Source of the DNA: Octopus vulgaris
Taxonomy: Eukaryota
Direction of reading: 5' to 3'
DNA: 64,000 bases
Assembly (NCBI GenBank): GCA_951406725.2
Contig: OX597829.1
Coordinates: forward strand, 52,390,001 to 52,454,000
The notes under the pieces were generated by a model. The model saw only the letters and a list, made by a program, of their open reading frames with translations. It was not told the DNA's origin and searched no databases. Position numbers and translations under genes: made by a program. The first letter of the stretch is position 1; the number at the start of each line of letters is the position of its first letter. Below are positions 11,325 through 23,097 of this stretch, piece by piece.

Positions 11325-11517
11325 AGTTATCTTCTTTTGGTGTTTTGTCCTGTACACATCTCTCGTGTGTGTACGTACTTTTCACTTGTTGATGTCTTGT
11401 ACGTAATGTGTATTTATTTATTTATAATCGAACACTACGCAGCCTTTCCATAGTATGTTCTTAAATTTATATACAATTTTTTCCACTCCACACTCTGTTT
11501 TCTTTCTGTCTCTCCAT

Positions 11518-11907
11518 GGATGGAAGCACTCCGTCGGTTACGACGACGAGGGTTCCGGTTGATCCGAATCAACGGAACAGCCTGCTCGTGAAATTAACGT
11601 GAAATTAACGGCTGAGCACTCCACAGACACGTGTACTCTTAACGTAGTTCTCGGATATTCAGCGTGACACAGAGAGTGACAAGGCCGGCCCCTTGAAATA
11701 CAGGTACAACAGAAACAGGAAGTAAGAGTGAGAGAAAGTTGTGGTGAAAGAGTACAGCAGGGATCACCACCATCCCCTGCCGGAGCCTCGTGGAGCTTTT
11801 AGGTGTTTTCGCTCAATAAACACTCACAACGTCCGGTCTGGGAATCGAAACCGCGATCCTATGACCGCGAGTCCGCTGCCCTAACCACTGGGCCATTGCG
11901 CCTCCAC
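11518..11907 (-). mobile_element. Full-length tRNA(Arg-like)-derived SINE
   Basis: Minus head GGAGGCGCAATGGCCCAGTGGTTAGGGCAGCGGACTCGCGGTC..GGTTTCGATTCCC (A and B boxes). 12-bp TSD CTGTCTCTCCAT at 11506-11517 and 11908-11919. A related head fragment lies at ~19963-20052. Confidence 0.9.
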
Positions 11908-11929
11908 CTGTCTCTCCATACCTCTATAA

Positions 11930-12240
11930 TCTATATATATAAAGATGAGAATATCTGCCTGCCTGTCTGTTTGTGTGAATTCCTAAAACTCGAGATTACA
12001 CAACCGATTTCGTTCAAATTTCACAAATGCCTTACTTACGGTTCATGCAGTGTCATGGGTCAAAAGAATTTTCGACTTCTTACCTAATGCATGTCCGGAG
12101 CAATCTCTTATCTCTTACACTATTTCAGTATTATGTGTCAAAAGCGAAACAATAGCGTCTCTGTGTTGTAATGAGACATACTTTCAGATTTATAGTTTCA
12201 CTATTAATATTGAAACTGTAAATGTGAAACTATTACCTCA
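11930..12240 (+). mobile_element. Possible non-autonomous Helitron 5' fragment
   Basis: A|TCTATATATATAAA start followed by (CTGY)n-like repeats. No 3' hairpin/CTAG end found. Confidence 0.4.
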
Positions 12241-12265
12241 CATATATACATGCATACGCACGTAG

Positions 12266-12296
<31 letters not shown>

Positions 12297-12399
12297 TATG
12301 TATATATATATATATGTATACCTCTGCACATATGCATATATATATAGATGTATATGTATATACATTTATGTTTATATATCTATATATATGATAGAAATA

Positions 12400-12690
12400 T
12401 ATGTATGTATATGTGTGTGTCTAGATGTATGTATATATATGTGTGTGTGTTTGTATGTATATATGTATGTATGTATATATATATGTGTGTGTATGTATAT
12501 ATATATGTGTGTGTATGTATATATATGTATGTATGTATATATATATGTGTGTATGTATGTATATATATATGTGTGTATGTATGTATATATATATGTGTGT
12601 ATGTATGTATATATATATGTGTGTATGTATGTATATATATATGTGTGTATGTATGTATATATATATGTGTGTGTGTGTGTATATATATAT
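12400..12690. repeat. Compound microsatellite with a 24-bp higher-order unit
   Basis: (GTGTGTATGTATGTATATATATAT)n. It produces the spurious CMYVYIYV ORFs. Confidence 0.9.
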
Positions 12691-12859
12691 AATTATAAAT
12701 TAGGGTATCTTTATAGCAGTGCTATAGAAAATATAAAAAAATTTTAAGTGTCAATAACATGGTTTTGGGTTCAGTTCTACTACATGGCACCCTCCTTGGC
12801 AAGTGTTTTCTGCTATAGCCTCAGACCAAAAGAAGCCTTGACAGTGGATTTGGCAGACG

Positions 12860-12895
<36 letters not shown>

Positions 12896-13841
12896 TGAGT
12901 GTGTTTGTTCTCCATCACCAGTGTTGGTTTCTTTACATCCCTGTAACTTGGTGGTTCAGCAAAAGAGACTGATAGAATTAGTACCAGGCTTAAAAGACAA
13001 AAAAAAAATGTACCAGTGTCGATTTGTTTGACTGAAACTCTTCAAGGTGGTGCTCCAGCATGGCCGCAGTGCAATAACTGAAACCAGTAAAAGGTATATC
13101 TGTCTCTCTTGCTCTGTCTGTTTGTCTCTGTCTCTCTCTCTCTCTCTCTCCACACACGCGCGCACACATGGACACGCTATCGCGTACACACACATTTCTA
13201 ACTTAACTTCTTCTCTGCAATTGCCTTTCAATGGGTTTACAGACCAATTTTTCTCTTTTTTGTGATATTTTCTTTAATTGATTTCTTTTTATCTAGTAAC
13301 AACAACAACATCAATATTTGCTGAGAATATAATTAACTGAGAAAATCCCAGTATATTTTATCGATACTTGAAGAATATCCGAACATAAACAACAAAGGTA
13401 TTTGCGGAAATCAAAGGCTATGGCTATCGTTGTTAACTGCTTTCTCACTTATCTTCTTACTTCACTTCACCTGGTTCGCTCTCTCTCCCTGCGTATCTAG
13501 TGCCAAAAACTTTGATCACTCCTCCCCCCACACTTTATTTGCTCCCACTTCACTCACAATCTCTTTCCTTCTCTTCTTTCACATCACTTCTTTCGATTTC
13601 TTATCCGTATCTCTACATCTGAAAGTATTATTCTGGTACCTATTTCTCTCTCTCTCTGTCTCTCTTTCTCTGAAGAACGATATGTATCTGAAACGTATTT
13701 CCCTCTCAACCCCCACTCCTTGCAGCAAAATAATTTCAATACGATTTTGTTTCTCCTATGGACTCTTCTTCTGTACTCTACTCTGTCAATATACTACCCT
13801 CGGCGACATCAATCACTTTTACGAAGAGAAAGTTTGCAGAT

Positions 13842-14168
13842 AAGCGCAGGAGTGGCTGTGTGGTAAGTAGCTTGCTTCCCAACCACATGGTTCCGGGTTC
13901 AGTCCCACTGCGTGGCACCTTGGGCAAGTGTCTTCTACTATAGCCTCGGGCCGACCAAAGCCTTGTGATTGGATTTAGTAGACGGTGTGTGTTTGTGTGT
14001 CTGTGTTTGTTCCCCCAACATCGCTTGACAACTGATGCTGGTGTGTTTACGTCCCTGTAACTTAGTGGTTCGGCAAAAGAGACCGATAGAATAACTACTA
14101 GGCTTACAAAGAATAAGGCGGTGCTCCAGCATGGCCGCAGTCAAATGACTGAAACAAGTAAAAGAGAT
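13842..14168 (+). mobile_element. tRNA-derived SINE family A (near full length)
   Basis: A-box TGGCTGTGTGG, B-box GGGTTCAGTCCC. Further copies at ~4245-4400, 12760-13095, 19520-19933, 20055-20283, 35036-35358, 38725-38935, 44570-45290, 49115-49460, 55588-56207, 57643-58158, 59130-59338 and 60420-60580. Confidence 0.9.
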
Positions 14169-14483
14169 AAGTTGCGACACTTGCACCTAAACAAGGAAAT
14201 TATATCTCATGAACACGTTGAATAGCTCCAAAGGGTAACAATAATTAATTAGTAATTATTAACATAAGCCCCTTCAAAACAAAACTCATCAAAATCCTTG
14301 ATTGATAATAACTATAATAGTTTCAATTTTTGGCACAAGGCCAGCAATTTCGTGGAAGGGACTAAGTCGATAACATTGACTCCAATGTTCAATTGCTACT
14401 TATTTTATCGACCCTGAAGGAATGAAAGGTAAAGCCGATCTCGGCGGAATTTGTACTCAGAACGCGTGTCGTTTGTATTAAAG

Positions 14484-14740
14484 CAAAGGTTTCCCAACTT
14501 TTTTCTGGCTGCCGCCTTCTTGACACTCATTTCACATTCCTAGCACCACCACCCCAACCAACCATCACAAACATAGACCTCTTTCTGAAGCAAATTCAAA
14601 GCAGTTGTATTTCACAAATAAAACTTAACGAATCCATTATTTTGTTGTTTATACATGAATCGCTACCTCAATTTTGTCACACTTTTCTTCAATTTTCCAC
14701 GCCGCCAAGGGGGCAATACCGAACACTTTGGGAACCATTG
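14484..14740. mobile_element. hAT-like MITE
   Basis: TIRs CAAAGGTTTCCCAA / TTGGGAACCATTG; 8-bp TSD TATTAAAG / TACTAAAG. Confidence 0.75.
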
Positions 14741-15129
14741 TACTAAAGAGTAAATAATTTTAACATACAATAGAATAAGTTCTGTTATCGGTTTGGCATT
14801 CCTATACACGTGTGCACCTCTGACTTTGTTCTCACATATTTTCCAGAAAAATGGTTATTTTCCAAATGAAATATTCTACAAATACGCTTAAGATGGTGTT
14901 GATTCTGATTATATCGGAATGTGTGGTGAAAAAACCATTTTTCCGAGGTTGGGAGAGGAGTTTTAGGAAAATTCACACGAGGTATCTTTCTTTACTTTAT
15001 AACTTTCAGAAAAATGGGTAATTTTAAATAGAATTTTCTATAAATACCATTCAGAGTGAGTAGATTACAATTATATCGGAATTTAATACGAAAATTAAAT
15101 TTGGTGGGCACATACACATGCATACTAAC

Positions 15130-15361
15130 ACGGCGAGCTGGCAGAACCGTTAACACGCCGGACGAAATACTTAGCAGTATTTTGTCTGCCGTTACGTTCT
15201 GAGTTCAAATTCCGCCGAGGTCGACTTTACCTTTCATCCTTTCGGGGTCGATAAATTAAGTACCAGTTACGCACTGGGATCGATGTAATCGACTTAATCC
15301 GTTTGTCTGTCCTTGTTTGTCCCCTCTGTGTTTAGCCCCTTGTGGGTAGTAAAGAAATAGA
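15130..15361 (+). mobile_element. tRNA-derived SINE family B, monomer
   Basis: GGCGAGCTGGCAGAA head, B-box GAGTTCAAATTC, core CCTTTCATCCTTTCGGGGTCGATAAATTAAGTACCAG. Other copies at ~14322-14465, 32240-32428, 36910-37113, 37370-37545, 42610-42790, 56600-56780, 62417-62577 and 63585-63790. Confidence 0.9.
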
Positions 15362-15918
15362 TATCTGCTAAATGAGACTTGAAACTTCGAAAAATATTGT
15401 GATGTATGCCAGCATGTAGGTGTGCGAGCCCGTTATTTTTCTTTTCACAAATTTCCGGCATAATTGTAATTTACACACCCTGAAAAGTTCTTGTACAAAA
15501 TTTCATTAAAAAGTACCCATTTTTTTTGAAAGTTATGAAGAAATAGATCCAACGCATATGAATTTCTTGAAACTCCTTCCACACACAGAACATTTTCTCA
15601 CAACATATTCCGATACAATCAGAATCTACAGCATCTGAAAAGTATTTATAGAAAATTTCATTTAAAAATATCCATTTTTCTAGAAGTTATGAGGGAACAA
15701 AGTTCGATAGAGTACAGATGTGTAGGAATGTCATTGGGTTTTTTTGAAAACTTTATACACACATTACGGAGATGTACTTGCATAGCAAGTGATTTGATCT
15801 GAGATCGTGTGCTGGAACGAAAACAATTGCAGCGTGGAAGGTGTTTATAGGCCATTTAAGAAACACACAAAAACCGTTAGATTCACTTCAACATTTAAGT
15901 TTAATTTGTCAAAATATT

Positions 15919-16097
15919 AATTAAATCTCAGAATGAGATTGAAACAGTAATCGCTCGATAATGTAAATATAGAAGCCATCTTATCATGGCTAACCACATT
16001 GGGGAGGGGGTGTCACTGTAGCTTGGGGCTATAAAGCTACAGTAACACCCCCTCCCCAATGTGGTTAGCCATGATAAGATGGCTTCTATACTTTACA
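15919..16097 (-). mobile_element. Asymmetric foldback element (~60-bp hairpin arms plus ~45-bp one-sided tail), copy 1
   Basis: Arms TATAGAAGCCATCTTATCATGGCTAACCACATTGGGGAGGGGGTG and its reverse complement. 13-bp TSD TTGTCAAAATATT at 15906-15918 and 16098-16110. Confidence 0.85.
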
Positions 16098-17400
16098 TTG
16101 TCAAAATATTTTCGTCGCTTTAAGACCGCGAACTGTTGCCAAACAAACATATATACATATATACATACACACACGCGCACACGTACGCACAACGTGGTTT
16201 TATATGAGGCTGCTCCACTTGCAATGCTTCGAATTTGATTTCTCAAAAAATTTATCGTCTTCAAATTAACTGAGCAATATATAAAGTTTTAGTTTAGAAT
16301 ATCCGTACAGGTTATTTTTGCCTCCTCGTTTAACAAACACGACCACGTCATCTTTTTCTTTCTCTCTTTGTTTGATGTTGCATAAGATGCATAAAATTGT
16401 CTTAGACAAGAATTCATTGCCTGGCAGTCTGTCTCTTTTAATCGTTTCTCACATAATGACACACAAGCAAGACTGTATTTCCTTACCACCACCACCACCA
16501 CCACCACCACCACTAGAAATGCTTCTCTTTGTGAATTACTGACAACCACATGCTTACATTTTCACAAACCACATCAATTCCTAGCTTTCGTCCTTCCTCC
16601 CCACCATCCTCTGTAATTTATACTCAGCAAAATGAAAGTATATCTTCATTGAAAGTATATCTTCATTGAAACTCGCTATCTAACTTGGTCAAGTGTTTCT
16701 ATCGGTGACGAGCCTCCACACCTTCAATTCAAATGCGAACATACGACTGTTATGAACTTATTTTCATCCCAAGTTTTTTTTTCTTTTCATTCTTTTTTTG
16801 TTTTAAAAATTCAATGTGCCTTAGAGCAATACACAACTGAGCAGACGAACCAACGAGAGAGCCTCAATATCAGCCACGGGCAAACGGCGGCCAGTGGGAC
16901 CTTCGATATAGTACGCCTAATTCCACGAGGAATTATTTTAGTTGAGCAGCCTCTCTGATGATAACTCAATGTCTCATGTGGCTTTCTTCTCCAACAACGT
17001 TGTCTATATCCGCTATATGTGATCGCTTGGCCTATTAAAAATAGCTACCAGTTTCCTCTCAGATCATACACATCTTAAAACAGAAAGGAAGGGCTTGGTT
17101 CATGGTGACTGATATATACAAAAGGCAAGAAAACAGGATGGGTCTATTTTTCAAGGTGGAGTGCACGCCCCCACAAGTATGGCTTGAAAATATTTCAGTA
17201 GGTTACTCCAGAACGGGGCATAAGTGAATAAAGCTTGCAATAAAGTTTTATTCATGGTGAGGAACACTTTATTATAATTTTTTACAAATTCAAATGGGGT
17301 GCGGAACGAAGGGGTCACGATAGTTAACATGCAGCTAACCATCGTATATATATATATATATATAAAAAAAAAATTTTTTAACCGAAAAAAGAAAAAGAAA

Positions 17401-17979
17401 ATTGTGATAGAAACTGGAAGTGACGACAATCATAGTCCATAATTTAATGCTAACAGTTGTTTGTGACATAAGCAATGTATAGAATGTACTTCATTTCGTT
17501 CGGCAGATAGTCGCAACGTTCTGAGTTCAAATTTGGGGCTCGATAAATTAAGTAGCAGTGAAATACTAGGGTCAATGTAATCGATTAGTCCTCTCCCCCC
17601 AAATTTTAGGCATTGTGCCTTTAGTAGAAAGGATTATTGGTAGAATCAAATGGCTCTTCAAAAACGGAATTGGTTCATAAATCCAAGTGAATCCATGGAA
17701 ACAATGCCACCACTTCCTGCCAGTTTTTTCTTTATAATTCGTGAAGGATTATTGCATTGTTTACATGTAGCTGTGTTTGCTACATGTGTTGACATACATG
17801 TCACCGAATTACTTTCTCGGGAGAGTTTGTTGATTGGTGTAGTACATTGGAACGGTGTTCTGAAATACTTAACACACCACTAGAACATTTCTAGGTGCCT
17901 GTAGACATCGCACAGTCGTGGAGTTCTTTTTGTCCTTTTCATGGCGTTTTACTACGTCACTTCCAGTTTCTGTCACAAT
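17401..17979. mobile_element. Decayed inverted-repeat element, possibly Tc1/mariner-derived
   Basis: 25-bp inverted repeat ATTGTGATAGAAACTGGAAGTGACG / CGTCACTTCCAGTTTCTGTCACAAT, with a SINE-B fragment inside. Confidence 0.5.
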
Positions 17980-18352
17980 CTACTTTCATTTTTAAGGACA
18001 ATTTACTTTCACTTTTCTAACTGCAGTAAACTACATGTTAACCGGACTATAAACAAAAGATCTTGAGAAAACGAGACCCTCAGTGTGGTCTTTCGATCTG
18101 CTAGAAACAATAGCCAATTCTCCCTCGAATACAAACCACCGTCTTAAGGACAAAGTACATTTCCTTATGTACTCCATCATTATTTAGGCATACTCATAGA
18201 AAGATGCGATGGCTACGGTTAAAATGCGTTTGGTCGTAGATCTGGTCGATCAGAGTTTAATACTGGGCTAAAGGGTGTGTTCTATTTGGCTGCCACTTTT
18301 CAATTTCTTCAATTTTTGTTCCAATTGATTTCATATTTGTTGTATTGAAGTA

Positions 18353-18550
18353 TGTAAAGTATAGAAGCCATCTTATCATGGCTAACCACATAGGGGAGGG
18401 GGTATTACTGTAGCTTTATAGGCCCAAGAGATCGTCGTCTCTAGCTGGCTTTAACACCCCCTCCCCTATGTGGTTAGCCATGATAAGATGGCTTCTATAC
18501 TTTACATTATCGAGCGATTACTGTTTCAATCTCATTCTGAGATTTAATTA
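18353..18550 (+). mobile_element. Asymmetric foldback element, copy 2
   Basis: Same arms and tail as 15919-16097 in the opposite orientation. 15-bp TSD TG(T/C)TGTATTGAAGTA at 18338-18352 and 18551-18565. Confidence 0.85.
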
Positions 18551-18844
18551 TGCTGTATTGAAGTAGTTTTGTATGATAATCATTGATATGAAATTCATTT
18601 TCGCCATAAGTCAATAAACAAACGATAACGACATCAACAACGTGGGTTATGTTTACACCTCCACTAAATTCATTCATGCTATTTTATGTTATCATCCTGA
18701 CAGTCATGAAACCCAAAACCCAGTCTTGAAATTAAATACAGTAGGTATTGCTTAACTAACCCGCCCCCTAGAAGTATGTTTTAAACCGAAAATCAATAAT
18801 TCTCGGAGCAGGCGTAACTGTGTGGCTAGAAGATTGTTTCCTAA

Positions 18845-19261
18845 GGCGGGCGAACTGGCAGAAACGTTAGCATGCCGGGCGAAATGCTTAGCAGTATTTC
18901 GTCTGCCACTACGTTCTGAGTTCAAATTCCGCCGAAGTCGACTTTGCCTTTCATCCTTTCGGGGTCGATTAAATAAGTACCAGTTACGCACAGGGGTAGA
19001 TATAATCGACATGATCCGTTTGTCTGTCCTTGTTTGTCCCCTCTGTGTTTAGCCCCTTGTGGGTGGGTAAAGAAATAGGTATGTCGTCTGCCGTTACATT
19101 CTGAGATCAAATTCCGCCGAAGTCGACTTTGCCTTTCATCCTTTCGGGATCGATAAATTAAGTACCAGTTACGCACTGGGGTCGATGTAATCGACTTAAT
19201 CCCTTTGTCTGTCCTTGTTTGTCCCCTCTATGTTTAGCCCCTTGTGGGTAGTAAAGAAATA
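18845..19261 (+). mobile_element. Dimeric SINE-B inserted in the head of a SINE-A
   Basis: Two units, the second lacking the A-box head. 17-bp TSD AGAAGATTGTTTCCTAA at 18828-18844 and 19262-19278. Confidence 0.9.
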
Positions 19262-20314
19262 AGAAGATTGTTTCCTAAACTACATGATTCTGGGTTCAAT
19301 CTCAAATATGTGACATCTTGGACAAATGCCTTTTACTGTCGCCCCAGACCTTGTGAGTGAATTTGGTAGACAAAAACTGGAAGAAACCTGCCATATATAA
19401 ATTATTGATTTCAATTTCTTTTTTTTTTTACTACTTTTTATAGAAAACCCCTCCCAATTGCTTGTCTAGGTTTCTTTCTCAAATGACACAGCAAATTTCC
19501 TGATATCATTTATCTTTCTCTCGATTGTTTCAGTCATAGGACTGTAGCCCTGTCGCAGCGTTGCCCTTGAAGGGTTTTAGTCGAATGAATTGATCCCAGT
19601 ATTTATTTGTTTTCAATCCTGGTACTTATTTTATCAGTTTCTTTGGCCGAACCAGTAAGTTATGGACACGTAAACAAACCAAACGCTCGGTTGTCACGCG
19701 GTAGTGAGAGACAAACACAAAGACACACACACGCTCTCTCTCTCTCACTCACTCACACACACGTGCACACATTCATACATGTGACGAACTTCCACACAGT
19801 TTCCGTCACAAGGCTTTGGCATTAGCCCAATATATATAGGTTTAGCATTAGCCCAATATGCTACATAGTGAGAATGAACCCAGGACCATGTGGTTGGGAA
19901 GCAAGCTTTATATCACACAACTACGCCTGCGCCTATTTATATATATAAGCATATACAGTGTATGTGGAGGCGCGTGACTTAGTGTCAGTATCATGATCGT
20001 AAGATTGTGGTTTCGATTCCTGGACCGGGCGACGCGTTGTGTTCTTGAGCAAAAGTCACACACCAGCATCGGTTGTCAAGCGATGGTGGGGGGGGGGGGA
20101 CAAGCACAGACTCACAAACGACGGCCTTCTTTCAGTTTCCGTCTATCAAATCCATTCACAAGGGTTCGATCATCTCGGGGTTATAGTAGAAGACACTTTC
20201 CCAAGGTGTCATGCAGTGGGAATGAACCAGGAACGATGTGGTTGGTAAGCAAGCTTCTTACCACACAGCCACTCCTGCGCCTATATATATATATTTATAT
20301 ATATATATATATAA

Positions 20315-20928
20315 TTACGATGCGCACTCTTCTATCTTTACTATCTCTTCTCTGTCTATCTCTCTTCCCCTCTTGTTCTTCATACTTTCTGGTTTTCTCT
20401 CCCACCCTTCCCTATTCTTCTCCTCTCCTCTTCACCGTTTCCCCTCTCTCACTCCTCCTCCTCGACTCTCTCGTCGCTGACACGTGACGAAAGAGAATCT
20501 ACCTTTCTACCCACAAGCTTCGTAAAGACTATACGTGCTTATACTGTCTCTTTCGCAAGCTTGTCTTCCTAAGCGTTCAATAATGATTTTTCTATTGTCT
20601 TGACTTAACAACCATCACCGTTTGTTTTTACTGCTTTGTTCTCATTGTCCTGTTCTTGTTACCACTTTCACCCCCCGCTAAAAATCCCAAATTTGATTTA
20701 ATTTGCTTTGCGGGAAGGATTGTTTCAATGAAGTCGCGTCTTGTCTTTGCCTTTGAAACGTGGAGTAGATGAAACAGGGACAACTGAAGAAGGGGAATAT
20801 TCTTTATGTTGTATGTCTCGTTTCTCTATTTGTTTTTTTCGTTGTTCGAAAAAAAGTTCGTTTCTATGTTTTTGTTTTTATGTTTTCGTTTCTCATTGTG
20901 TTCAACGTATTTTTGATGTCCTGTACTC
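20315..20928 (+). mobile_element. Divergent relative of the 5.4/11.2-kb repeat, inserted in (TA)n
   Basis: Pyrimidine-rich body, the same permuted HHR layout, and a shared TTGATGTC(C/T)TGTAC 3' end. Confidence 0.6.
20721..20795 (+). ncRNA. Putative non-circularly permuted hammerhead ribozyme, divergent copy 3
   Basis: TCGC-GTC (20738-20740), TTGTCTT, CCTTT-GAAA-CGTGG ... GGGACAA-CTGAAGA-AGGGG. Stems covary with copies 1 and 2. Confidence 0.65.
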
Positions 20929-20944
20929 ATATATGCATGTATAT

Positions 20945-20997
<53 letters not shown>

Positions 20998-21007
<10 letters not shown>

Positions 21008-21338
21008 CATATATATGTATGTATGTATGCATATATATGTATGTATGTATGCATATATATGTATGTATGTATGCATATATATGTATGTATGTATGCATAT
21101 ATATGTATGTATGTATGCATATATATGTATGTATGTATGCATATATATGTATGTATGTATGCATATATATGTATGTATGAATGCATATATATGTATGTAT
21201 GAATGCACATATATGTATGTATGTATGCACATATATGTATGTATGCACATATATGTATGTATGTATGCATATATATGTATGTATGCATGCATATATATGT
21301 ATGTATGTATGCACATATATGTATGTATGTATGCATAT
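20998..21338. repeat. 22-bp higher-order microsatellite
   Basis: (ATGCATATATATGTATGTATGT)n, ~15 copies. Source of the MHIYVC-type ORFs. Confidence 0.9.
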
Positions 21339-21426
21339 ATTTATATATTATTTATATTATTATATGATCGGACGCCACGCATCCTTTTCCAAGTAAGTTT
21401 TATCTATGTATGTATGTATGTGTGTG

Positions 21427-21458
<32 letters not shown>

Positions 21459-22508
21459 CACCAATGTATGTGGAGTCATTGTATTTGTGTTTGTCCCCCT
21501 CTACAGCTTGACAACAAGTGTTGGTTTGTTAATTTATAGTGAATTAACAGTTCGGCAAAATGATACCAATAAAATAACGACCAGGCTTTAAGAAAAAGAT
21601 AAGCACTGGGGTTGATTCATTCGACTAAGTTTCCTCAGGGTGGTACCCCAGCGTGTCAGTGTCGAAGTAAACGATAAAATAGAAACCAATTTAGGTAACT
21701 CCAATAAATTGAACGAAATTTCTGGATTGGAGTAGATCTGGTCTTTGAATATGGATTGGAATAGACCTGGTCTTTAAAGCCAACCGGTGAAAGGAATGGA
21801 CATGTTTCAATCTTATTACACCTCCTCAGTGAAGATTGTTCTCTCCGATAAGACTATCGATGGGAAAGATCATGTCCTTTCACACGGGCAAGCAGCATAT
21901 AAGAATTTTAAAAAATGGAAGGAAAAAATAAATATTATCTTTAGCTTTTACCTGTACAGGTGTGCTGAATCAAGATGTCAGGTGGTATTTTAATCTATTA
22001 AAAATTAGTCGTAAGTTGACATTTTAAACAAGTTTTTTTAATGAGTAATTCAACTTTAAAATTTGCGTTTATTTTTTTTCTTTCTTATTTTCTCCTTTTT
22101 CCTGTTTGTAAAGGAGAGCGCTCACTCACACGCACACGCACAGCACACACACACACACACACACACACAGAGGCACAGGCACATACATACCAGAACTGAT
22201 TCGCACGAACATTTCAAGAGAAACTTGCAATATCAATCTTGATATTACATACAACATAAAGTAACAAAATACAGATTGCGCTGCAGAAAGAGATAGTTTA
22301 ATGCAATTTGATAGCTCAATCCTCATTTGTTTTCCTGTGAACGAGTGAGATGTCAAGTGACAAACACAGTTTGGCTTACACAAACAGAAACGCCTACATA
22401 ATACAAAATTGCACGTATGCACACACACACACACACACACACATGTCCGTATGACACTGTTTTGGTATCAAAGTTAGTTTTAAGACACATCTTGCAGATG
22501 CTCTAAGA

Positions 22509-23097
22509 CAGTGTTTCTCAAACTATCTGATGTGGCGTACCAGCATTTTCTTCTTCCCCCAATGTGCCAGGGACCGGTAATATTTCTTAGTAATATTAAT
22601 TTATACCAGAAACAATATATATAATGAATACAATAAAAGTTGACAATTTTTTTAATCTTATATTTATTTTATAAACAAATAATACAATATTACATAAGCA
22701 TTGTATAATATTTCTTTCGTTTTTGGATTTAGTTTGCAAGATTTTTATGTGAGTTCGTGTGTTGAAGCATATTCTGTTGTGTCTGGGGAGAGTCATTTTC
22801 TTTTTGTGCCTTATAATTTAACACACTCACCAGTAAAATTTTCACTGATTTCATTTTTTTAATTATTCTAAAATTCTCGTTGCGTTTTGCAACCTTTTCA
22901 ATAGTTTTTAGAAAAATAAAAAAGAAATAAACGGAAATTTTACCGGTGAGTATGTTAGATTATAAGGCACTAAAAGAGAATGACCCTCCCCCAGAACAGA
23001 ATAATGTTTCTTTCTTTTCTGGAAACTCGCCGCGTACCGGCAGCTGATGGCTCGCGGACCGGCACCGGTCGAAAGACCACCACTTTGAGTAGCACTA
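22509..23097 (+). mobile_element. hAT (Charlie-like) MITE with a nested foldback insertion
   Basis: CAGTGTTTCTCAAA ... TTTGAGTAGCACTA; 8-bp TSD CTCTAAGA at 22501-22508 and 23098-23105. An inverted sibling lies at 32570-33062 with TSD ATCT(G/A)GGA. Confidence 0.85.

Larger units (their letters stand above)
5401..11427 (+). mobile_element. Non-autonomous ribozyme-bearing (Penelope/retrozyme-like) element with ~250-bp direct repeats, an internal 82-bp satellite and a nested gypsy element
   Basis: Direct repeats ~5445-5690 and ~11150-11396. Putative 12-bp TSD TCGAATATTACG (5389-5400) / TCGAACACTACG (11428-11439). Each repeat holds an identical HHR-like core. Confidence 0.65.

Noticed and set aside
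12250-12747. Long Y/I/C/V/M/H-rich ORFs (also 20741-21539, 29152-29506, 31136-31614, 52037-52478, 60861-61103)
   Set aside because: Translations of (TA)/(TG)/(CA) microsatellites.
13842-13920. tRNA-like sequences (also 11830-11907, 15130-15220)
   Set aside because: These are SINE heads with A/B boxes continuing into repeat bodies; no complete cloverleaf.
16098-16140. Minus-strand stem-GAAA-ATATT resembling half a hammerhead
   Set aside because: The CUGANGA strand is missing in this copy.
15919-18550. Two inverted foldback copies as the ends of one 2.6-kb composite transposon
   Set aside because: Each copy has its own TSD, so they are independent insertions.
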